From NCBI GenBank assembly GCA_964367905.1, contig CAYIZP010000008.1, positions 11,596 to 75,595 on the forward strand: DNA of 64,000 nucleotides, written 5' to 3'. The DNA comes from an uncultured Lachnospiraceae bacterium. GTDB lineage: Bacteria > Bacillota > Clostridia > Lachnospirales > Lachnospiraceae. A program made the translations under genes and the position numbers. Below the pieces are notes generated by a model. That model was not told the DNA's origin. It was given only the letters and a program-made list of their open reading frames with translations, and made no database searches. This document shows positions 28,217-35,093 of the stretch, in pieces (positions within the stretch are counted from its first letter, which is position 1; every line of letters begins with the position of its first letter).

Positions 28217-28759
28217 TTACCATCGTAGGATTTCATTTACTTCTTTTCGTGGTGTTGCCTTCGGTGTTTCATTTGGATAGCCTAAGGTGATGAGTGCGGC
28301 AACGGTCTCATTTTCAGGTAGATTGATTGCATCTGCAATGGTATCAGCATCGATTACACCCATAATACAGGTGCCAATTCCTTGGGCATGAGCTGCGAGA
28401 CAGAATGTCTGGCATGCGATACCTGCATCGAATATCTCCCAATCTCCATGCTTGCTAGTTGCGAAGTCACTGCCCTCGCCGAAGCGTCCGCTTTGACCAT
28501 TGACAAAGCTTAGAACAACCGCGTTTTTAGCATGACATAATACTTTCATATTGTAGGTGAATCCGTTGACACCATTGTCACAGATTTTTTTAATTACTTC
28601 AGGGTCTTGAATCATGGTGTAGCGTGCAACTTGAGTATTCGCCCATGATGGTGCATAGCGTGCAACCTCAATGATTGCCTCCATATCTTCCTTTGAAACA
28701 AATTCATCCTTGTATCTTCTTACACTCTTTCGTCCTTTTATTAATTCCATTGCTTCCAT
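28217..28759 (-). CDS. Nitroreductase-family protein
   Basis: 180 aa; IKGRKSVRRY...ARYAPSWANTQ signature. Confidence 0.8.
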   Translation of the reverse strand: MEAMELIKGRKSVRRYKDEFVSKEDMEAIIEVARYAPSWANTQVARYTMIQDPEVIKKICDNGVNGFTYNMKVLCHAKNAVVLSFVNGQSGRFGEGSDFATSKHGDWEIFDAGIACQTFCLAAHAQGIGTCIMGVIDADTIADAINLPENETVAALITLGYPNETPKATPRKEVNEILRW

Positions 28760-28801
28760 AGTGATTCCTCCATTTTCATTATTCTTTTCTTATCATTAAT
28801 A

Positions 28802-29662
28802 TTACTTACTACTCCAGCGACCTGATGCCCCACAAGGTAAGATCAACCCATTGCTTGTAACGGGTAGCCCGATCTCGTCGGATGTTACTGTTCCATTGTA
28901 CTTCTTTAGTTCTGTTGCCAACATGTAGGTTAGAACGGATGCAGATAGCCCAGTGGTATACGAGTTGATCAGGAAGAAGAGCGGGTCATCCGATAGAATT
29001 TGTGTACATAGTTTCAGGAATGGATGTATGGAATCTTCTATCTTCCAGATCTCGCCTTTTGGACCACGACCATAGGATGGTGGATCCATGATGATGGCAT
29101 CATAGGTATTGCCACGCCGAATCTCGCGCTCTACAAATTTCACACAGTCGTCTACTAACCAACGAATTGGACTCTCTGATAACCCAGAAGAGGCTGCGTT
29201 TTCCTTTGCCCATCCAACCATGCCCTTTGAGGCATCTACATGAGTGACATTTGCACCAGCTGCAGCAGCAGCCAAGGTTGCACCGCCAGTATAGGCGAAT
29301 AAGTTTAAAACTTTGATCGGGCGATTGGCTGACTTGATCTTTTCGCTAAACCAATCCCAATTGGTGGCTTGCTCTGGGAAAAGCCCAGTATGCTTGAAAT
29401 TAAAAGGTTTCAGATTAAATGTAAGAGTTCTATAGTGAATCTGCCACTGTTCAGGTAAGTCGAAGAACTCCCACTCTCCACCGCCTTTTGCACTTCTGTG
29501 GTAGTGTGCATTTGGACGCTTCCATTTTCCATGTCCTCTCGGAGTATCCCAGATGACTTGTGGATCGGGTCTCATGAGATAGTAATCTCCCCAACGTTCT
29601 AATTTTTCACCGTTTGATGTATCGATTACTTCATAATCCTTCCATCTGTCTGCTATCCACAT
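28802..29662 (-). CDS. Class I SAM-dependent methyltransferase (RlmI/COG1092-like catalytic domain)
   Basis: 286 aa; SAM motif VLNLFAYTGGATLAAA, and DPPSYGRG typical of this methyltransferase group. Confidence 0.7.
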   Translation of the reverse strand: MWIADRWKDYEVIDTSNGEKLERWGDYYLMRPDPQVIWDTPRGHGKWKRPNAHYHRSAKGGGEWEFFDLPEQWQIHYRTLTFNLKPFNFKHTGLFPEQATNWDWFSEKIKSANRPIKVLNLFAYTGGATLAAAAAGANVTHVDASKGMVGWAKENAASSGLSESPIRWLVDDCVKFVEREIRRGNTYDAIIMDPPSYGRGPKGEIWKIEDSIHPFLKLCTQILSDDPLFFLINSYTTGLSASVLTYMLATELKKYNGTVTSDEIGLPVTSNGLILPCGASGRWSSK

Positions 29663-29920
29663 ATATGTTTCCTCGTCTTTCTACGTTATATTCATGTTTT
29701 ATCATTGTTATTATGTTGCTTTTCAAATGTAACATTATTATAACAAATTGTGATAGAAATGGCTATCACTTGTTTACCAAATACGAAAACAGTGGTAAAA
29801 TGAGTGTGATAGATTGCTTTTTCGGGGGAACAAAATATGTTCTATCCATTTCAACATAAAAGATGAACTACTTAGAAATTTAAGTGCTACAAAATGGAAA
29901 TTATCTTGTTTAAGAGGTCA

Positions 29921-30183
29921 TTACAGATAAAATTATTTGAGAGAGCTCTACTTATATGTATGTTTAGGCGATTTTCAGGTTGAATATAATGTAATTACAT
30001 ATAAGCCTATATCAAATTCAATGATTTATCTGTATTTTGCAGCAAACTATCTCGAAAAAAGATTCTGAATACATATAAGAAGTTGCTTGTTATCATTTCT
30101 TATATGTAAATCAAGGGATACGAATCCATTTCATGGACAGAATTACAGATAAGTTGGTTAAGATTTTCGATATTTATATGTAA
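29921..30183. repeat. Left array of four ~41-bp palindromic units (period ~72-77 bp)
   Basis: Units at 29921-29960, 29994-30036, 30069-30108 (perfect 12-bp arms TACATATAAGAA/TTCTTATATGTA) and 30143-30183. Arm consensus is TTACA(G/T)ATAAG ... CTTAT(C/A)TGTAA. Confidence 0.8.
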
Positions 30184-30303
30184 AGCGAAATACATTTCTT
30201 TTTCACAAGTACTTAAGTAAGTGATATTGTTTGAGGAAGGTAACATAAATAAAGTATATGAAAAAAAGAATAAGAAAAAAATAATAAGAAAGAAGGTTTT
30301 GAT

Positions 30304-30915
30304 ATGATAATCGTAGATGCTAGAGGTGAAAATTGTCCGATGCCAGTCATTCGTACAAAGAAGATAATGGAAGATGAAGCGCTAAAGGGAGATGTTGAGG
30401 TAATTGTAGATAATCTGATTGCATCACAGAATGTGAAGAAGTTTGCCAAGAGTCAAGGATGTGAGATAGAGGAGCAGGTGGTGAGTGAAAGGGAGTATCG
30501 TATTGTGATTCAACGTGAAGCGGGCGAGAATCAGCTCGACCATGCGAAGGATGAGCAGGAATCCAATGAGCAGATTCAAGCTGGGACGATTCTTGTGATT
30601 TCATCGGAATATATGGGGAATGGCAACGATACGCTTGGGAAGACGTTGATGAAAGGTTTTGTTTATGCATTGACTCAACAGGCGAGTTTTCCAGAGAAGA
30701 TATTGCTCTATAATGGAGGAGCGAAACTAGTAGTAGAGGGTGCGGATACATTGGAGGATCTTACTTATCTACAGTCTGAAGGTGTAGGGATTTTGACTTG
30801 TGGAGCTTGTTTGAATTTCTATGAATTGGCCGAACAGGTGAGAGTTGGTGAAATTACGAACATGTACGTAATCGTAGAGGAAATGACGAAGGCGAAGAAA
30901 ATCATAAAGCCATAG
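30304..30915 (+). CDS. yedF: Selenium metabolism protein YedF-like (TusA/SirA-like N-domain + DsrE-like C-domain)
   Basis: 203 aa; N-terminal DARGENCPMPVIRTKK (TusA-type CPxP motif) and a C-terminal DsrE-like half. It sits immediately upstream of selD. Confidence 0.75.
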   Translation: MIIVDARGENCPMPVIRTKKIMEDEALKGDVEVIVDNLIASQNVKKFAKSQGCEIEEQVVSEREYRIVIQREAGENQLDHAKDEQESNEQIQAGTILVISSEYMGNGNDTLGKTLMKGFVYALTQQASFPEKILLYNGGAKLVVEGADTLEDLTYLQSEGVGILTCGACLNFYELAEQVRVGEITNMYVIVEEMTKAKKIIKP

Positions 30916-30964
30916 GAAATGGTAAAGTTGTATAAAATCATAAAGCCATAGAAAATCATAAAAC
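30898..30964 (+). repeat. Direct 18-nt repeat duplicating the 3' end of yedF
   Basis: aaaatcataaagccatag occurs at 30898-30915 (the last codons plus TAG stop) and identically at 30934-30951. A partial third copy, aaaatcataaaac, lies at 30952-30964. Confidence 0.9.
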
Positions 30965-30992
30965 TGCAGTTTGGCGGGAGGAGTAGAAGAGA

Positions 30993-32048
30993 ATGTCAAC
31001 AGAGATAAAATTAACACAGATGTCAAAAACATGCGGATGTGCCGCGAAGATTGGACCAGGAACATTGGCAAATGTTCTGGGGCAGTTGCCTAAATTTGAG
31101 GAGGAGAGGTTGCTAGTAGGGATCGAAACATCGGATGATGCAGCAGTCTATAAAATCAATGACGAAACGGCATTGATCCAGACACTAGATTTCTTCACAC
31201 CGATTGCGGATGACCCATATCGGTTTGGTCAAATTGCAGCATCGAACTCTCTCAGCGATGTGTATGCGATGGGGGGAGAGCCTAAGGTGGCATTGAATAT
31301 CGTAGCATTTCCAAATAGTTTGGACACGGCAATCTTAGGAGAAATCCTAAAAGGGGGAGCGGATAAAGTTCGTGAGGCTGGAGCGGTGCTTGTGGGGGGG
31401 CATTCGATTCAGGATGATGAGCCGAAATACGGACTGAGTGTGTCGGGATTTGCCCATCCAGATAAGATATGGAAGAACCATGGAAGTTTAGAGGGAGATG
31501 TCCTTATCTTGACGAAGCAGATTGGAAATGGTGTTGTGAACACAGCCATTAAGGTGGATATGGCTTCCGAAGAAGCAATCGAAGAGGCGCAAATCATCAT
31601 GGCAGAATTGAATAAGAAGGCGAAGGAAGTATTCGAGAACTTCCCTGTTTCAGCATGTACAGATATCACAGGATTTGGCTTGCTGGGACATGCAATCGAG
31701 ATGGCCACAGCCAGTGAAGTTACATTGGAAATCAATGCAGATGCAGTGCCATATATCGAGGAGGCAATCGAACTGGCGAAGCAAGGTTTAGTGCCAGTCG
31801 GTGCATATAAGAACCGTGAATTTGGGCAAGAACACATCAACTATGGTGAGGTGGAAGAGTGCTATCAAGATTTGTTGCACGACCCACAGACATCGGGAGG
31901 ACTGCTATGCAGTGTGCCAGCGCAATATGCAGAGCAAATTATGCAAGCATTTGAAGAAAAGGAAATGGTCTCAAAGGTTGCAATCATAGGTAAGGTAATA
32001 AAGAAACAAGAAAAATCAATTCTATTAACCACGGATTGTAGCAGATAG
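30993..32048 (+). CDS. selD: Selenide, water dikinase (selenophosphate synthetase), Cys-type
   Basis: 351 aa; N-terminal SKTCGCAAKIGPG (Cys/Lys catalytic loop, encoded TGC GGA TGT, with no TGA). PurM-like fold motifs are present (DDAAVY, GGHSIQD). Confidence 0.9.
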   Translation: MSTEIKLTQMSKTCGCAAKIGPGTLANVLGQLPKFEEERLLVGIETSDDAAVYKINDETALIQTLDFFTPIADDPYRFGQIAASNSLSDVYAMGGEPKVALNIVAFPNSLDTAILGEILKGGADKVREAGAVLVGGHSIQDDEPKYGLSVSGFAHPDKIWKNHGSLEGDVLILTKQIGNGVVNTAIKVDMASEEAIEEAQIIMAELNKKAKEVFENFPVSACTDITGFGLLGHAIEMATASEVTLEINADAVPYIEEAIELAKQGLVPVGAYKNREFGQEHINYGEVEECYQDLLHDPQTSGGLLCSVPAQYAEQIMQAFEEKEMVSKVAIIGKVIKKQEKSILLTTDCSR

Positions 32049-32060
32049 AAAGGTTGGAAC

Positions 32061-33206
32061 ATGATTTACTTAGATAATGCGGCAACGACGCTGATCAAAC
32101 CACCGAGTGTGGGTGAGGCGATGGTAGATGCACTGATGACGAATGGAAATGCGGGGCGTGGCGCAAGTCCACAATCCTTAAGTGCCGCGAGAACGATATA
32201 CGAAACCAGAGAACGCTTAGCCAGACTCTTTGGCATCTCTAGCCCTTCTCGGATTGCATTTACATCCAATGCTACAGAGAGCCTCAACATTGCAATCCAT
32301 GGAATCATCGAAGAGGGAGATCATGTGATTGTGACACAGACAGCTCATAATTCTGTTCTTCGCCCCTTGTATTATCTAGAGGAGACGAAAAAGATTGAGT
32401 TAAGTATTGTGTCGGTAGATTCCAGAGGTGTTGTCTCCGCAGAGGAGATCGAGAAGTCTATTAAAAAATCCACAAAGGTAATTATTGGGACACATGCGAG
32501 TAATGTTACAGGGAATATTATGCCAATCCATGAGATGGGAGCTATAGCAAGAGAGCATGATCTTATATTTGTGGTAGACGCAGCACAAACAGCAGGAACG
32601 ATTCCCATTGATGTGAATGCGATGAATATCGACATCCTTTGCTTCACAGGACATAAGGGGCTCTTGGGACCACAGGGAACAGGTGGGATCTATGTGAGAG
32701 AGGGTGTTGCAATCAAAGAATGGAAGAGTGGTGGCAGTGGAACCAACTCTTATAGCAAGAAACAGCCTCAACAGATGCCAGAATTATTAGAGGCAGGAAC
32801 CTTAAATGGCCATGGAATCGCAGGATTAAATGCCGCACTGAAATATATAGAAGAGGTTGGTGTCGATGAAATTCACAGAAGAGAATCTGAACTAATTTGG
32901 AGGTTCTACCGAGGCGTTCAGGGAATAGAGAATCTTAGAATCTATGGGGAATTTGTAGAAGAAAAGCCACGATGTCCAATTCTTTCCCTCAATATAGAGG
33001 GGTATGAATCTGCAGAAGTCAGCGATGCATTATTGGGTGAATATGATATCGTAACAAGGGCTGGTGCACACTGCGCTCCCCTCATGCATGTGGCTCTAGG
33101 AACAGAGGAACAGGGTTGTGTGCGGTTCAGTACTTCTTATTTTACAACGGAAGAAGAGATAGATAGAGCGATACAAGCCATTGCAGAGCTAGCAAGTGAG
33201 AACTAG
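32061..33206 (+). CDS. Class V aminotransferase, cysteine desulfurase / selenocysteine lyase family
   Basis: 381 aa; MIYLDNAATT start, PLP-Lys region FTGHKGLLGPQGTGG, and C-terminal RAGAHCAP active-site Cys loop. Confidence 0.85.
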   Translation: MIYLDNAATTLIKPPSVGEAMVDALMTNGNAGRGASPQSLSAARTIYETRERLARLFGISSPSRIAFTSNATESLNIAIHGIIEEGDHVIVTQTAHNSVLRPLYYLEETKKIELSIVSVDSRGVVSAEEIEKSIKKSTKVIIGTHASNVTGNIMPIHEMGAIAREHDLIFVVDAAQTAGTIPIDVNAMNIDILCFTGHKGLLGPQGTGGIYVREGVAIKEWKSGGSGTNSYSKKQPQQMPELLEAGTLNGHGIAGLNAALKYIEEVGVDEIHRRESELIWRFYRGVQGIENLRIYGEFVEEKPRCPILSLNIEGYESAEVSDALLGEYDIVTRAGAHCAPLMHVALGTEEQGCVRFSTSYFTTEEEIDRAIQAIAELASEN

Positions 33207-33280
33207 CGAGCGAGAGAATTAGAGAGTCAAAAGTGTCAAGAATATCAAGAGATAGAGAAGATATAAAGGATAGTGAATAA

Positions 33281-33517
33281 ATGAGAAAAAAAGAAATGAA
33301 ACTCCTAGTAGCATTTGATACCACTACAGAAGCCATGGAGATGGAAGCGAGATGCAAATCACAAGGAATTGCTGGAAGATTGATTCCTACACCGCAGAGT
33401 ATCACGGCAGGATGTGGATTGACATGGTGCAGTGGATTGGAGTGCAGGGGGCAGATAGAAAAGCTATTGAGGGAATTTGTAGGTGGTAAAATAGGGATTT
33501 ATGAACAAATGATGTGA
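33281..33517 (+). CDS. DUF3343-like small protein (putative Se/S carrier accessory)
   Basis: 78 aa; LVAFDTTTEAMEMEARCKSQGIAGRLIPTPQSITAGCGLTW matches the DUF3343 pattern (lone Cys in a CG motif) commonly next to selD/yedF, as I recall. Confidence 0.6.
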   Translation: MRKKEMKLLVAFDTTTEAMEMEARCKSQGIAGRLIPTPQSITAGCGLTWCSGLECRGQIEKLLREFVGGKIGIYEQMM

Positions 33518-33574
33518 GTTTTCACATTGTGAAGGCACTTGCAACACTTGAGTTTGTAGGAGGGCGAAAAATCA

Positions 33575-34039
33575 ATGTATAAGAATGATAGTGATTTGTT
33601 TTTTTGTTGTAGTTTGATAGAATTTATCGGAAGAGAATGTAAGTTGAAGAGAGTAGATGTTGTCAAGAAACTAGGAGAAGAATGCATTCGAAGAATTTAT
33701 GAGAATGCGGACATTCTTCATTGTGAACCAATAGAGAAGACAGCGGATGTTTATATAAATATGTTTGATATCGGGCAAGGGGATTACGACAATGTAAGTC
33801 TTTGCAAGTATGAAGTGCCAGATTATTGGGCGATTGGAGAGGTCTATGCAAGGGTGATAGAGGACAATGTAGTTATACCTGACTCGTTATCAAAACCAGA
33901 GGTGGATGAGGTGATTAAGGTTATATTCGATGTGTATTCATCGTTTATTAGTGACAGTATATCAAATTACAATTCAGGCTTTTTTTATCAATCAAGGGAA
34001 TACATCTCAGTGTGTTACCAATCGGGCGAGGTGATTTGA
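33575..34039 (+). CDS. Hypothetical protein (154 aa), no confident family
   Basis: ORF with RBS ggaggg. The N-terminal ~65 aa loosely resemble small helical Firmicutes domains of the DUF3791 type. It is more AT-rich than the selenium genes. Confidence 0.5.
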   Translation: MYKNDSDLFFCCSLIEFIGRECKLKRVDVVKKLGEECIRRIYENADILHCEPIEKTADVYINMFDIGQGDYDNVSLCKYEVPDYWAIGEVYARVIEDNVVIPDSLSKPEVDEVIKVIFDVYSSFISDSISNYNSGFFYQSREYISVCYQSGEVI

Positions 34040-34103
34040 ACGACTTGCTAATTCAGTACTTAAGAAATTATATATGTACATATATGTAAGTAAGGAGAAA
34101 AAT

Positions 34104-34589
34104 ATGTGGATGTGGATAATTGTTATCATTGTTATAATAATTGTTATCATTTATGGGTGTGAAACATTTTATCTTTGTGAGCTTGAAAGAAATATTAAGG
34201 AAGATGTTCATGGTTTAGCAGATAACTCATTGGAAATAACACCAGAGCAATTTTTTGCTTTGAAGAGCAGAACTTATGGAGGGAGAGGAAGAGCAAGGAT
34301 AGTTAGAAAATATGAGTTTGAAGGAATATACATATTGTGCAATAGAACTAAAAACATGTATTATGTTGGGCAAGGGAAGAATGTATTTTCACGTGTAAAT
34401 TCACATTTTTCAGGGCGAGGAAATGGTGATGTGTATGCAGACTACAAATATGGCGATCTATTCACAATAAAAATGCTATCATTGGAGGAAAGTGGCTATC
34501 TATCTCTTAATGAACTTGAAAGAAAGGCTATACAAACATTTGATGCATGTTACAGGGGGTACAATAGAACAAGGGGAAATAAGAATTAG
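34104..34589 (+). CDS. GIY-YIG nuclease-domain protein with an N-terminal transmembrane helix
   Basis: The ORF opens at 34074; ATG 34104 follows AAGGAG (34092-34097). It has a TM helix (WMWIIVIIVIIIVIIYG), then GIYILCNRTKNMYYVGQGKNVFSRVNSH ... ELERKAIQTF ... GYNRTRGN, i.e. the GIY / YVG / R / E / N core. Confidence 0.7.
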   Translation: MWMWIIVIIVIIIVIIYGCETFYLCELERNIKEDVHGLADNSLEITPEQFFALKSRTYGGRGRARIVRKYEFEGIYILCNRTKNMYYVGQGKNVFSRVNSHFSGRGNGDVYADYKYGDLFTIKMLSLEESGYLSLNELERKAIQTFDACYRGYNRTRGNKN

Positions 34590-34678
34590 TCGAAATTATT
34601 TATTAACGGTTATTGCTATGCTATAACAGGAGGGATATACAAGTATATTCCAAAAATTTCAGGTTCCAAAAATTTAGA

Positions 34679-34939
34679 TTACAGATAAGTAGTTGCAAAT
34701 ATGAGCTACTTATCTGTAATTTTATTTGAAAAATAGCGTCCAGAATCTTTAGATACATATAAGATTTGATAAGAACAAATATTTTATATGTATATTTTCA
34801 CGTTGCCTGAGATTTTTTGTTCAAAAATACAGATAAAGATAGAATTTTATCAGTGCCTTATATGTAATTTAAAGTTTTTGGTATGAATATTGGCTAGAAA
34901 TGCATATAAAGAGGGAGCTCTACGATTAGCTTATATGCA
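34679..34939. repeat. Right array of four ~41-bp palindromic units (period ~73-76 bp), inverted relative to the left array
   Basis: Units at 34679-34719 (perfect 14-bp arms TTACAGATAAGTAG/CTACTTATCTGTAA), 34753-34793, 34827-34868 and 34901-34939. The reverse complement of 29942-30155 aligns collinearly with 34708-34921. Confidence 0.8.
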
Positions 34940-34952
34940 AGCACGAAAACAA

Positions 34953-34989
34953 AGAGAGAATTACCATGAACGAAATGGTAATTCTCTCT
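34953..34989. other. Perfect 15-bp stem-loop
   Basis: AGAGAGAATTACCAT gaacgaa ATGGTAATTCTCTCT. Confidence 0.8.
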
Positions 34990-35047
34990 AAAATATTGGG
35001 GATGGGGGTAGGATGAGCTTTTGCTCATATCTCCCCCGTCCCCAACC

Positions 35048-35089
35048 AAAAAGATAGCGGGAACGCCAAGGCGTTTCCGCTATCTTTTT
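35048..35089. terminator. Bidirectional intrinsic terminator just downstream of hydA
   Basis: AAAAAGATAGCGGGAACGCC aa GGCGTTTCCGCTATCTTTTT has an A-tract and a T-tract on either side. It ends 5 nt from the hydA stop codon. Confidence 0.85.
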
Positions 35090-35093
35090 AATA

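Noticed and set aside
29614-29859. An 81-aa + strand ORF in the gap upstream of the left array.
   Set aside because: It overlaps the 5' end of the methyltransferase gene on the other strand. It has no RBS, its hydrophobic, AT-driven composition is uninformative, and it has no recognisable motif.
29921-30183. The ~74-bp periodicity of the two palindrome arrays could suggest degenerate CRISPR arrays.
   Set aside because: Only four units occur per array. Only the ~10-nt arms are conserved, whereas whole 28-37-nt direct repeats would be expected. Each unit is a hairpin with a variable loop, and there are no cas genes or a leader. I interpret them as palindromic repeat arrays, not CRISPR.
30258-30284. 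A mini-ORF, ATG AAA AAA AGA ATA AGA AAA AAA TAA (MKKRIRKK), upstream of yedF, as a possible leader peptide.
   Set aside because: The nearest Shine-Dalgarno-like sequence is about 17 nt away. The A-rich run is expected by chance in this AT-rich spacer. I could not pair it with any attenuator structure.
31030-31047. A possible selenocysteine (TGA) codon in the SelD catalytic loop.
   Set aside because: The loop is encoded ACA TGC GGA TGT GCC GCG AAG (T-C-G-C-A-A-K). Both positions are ordinary Cys codons.
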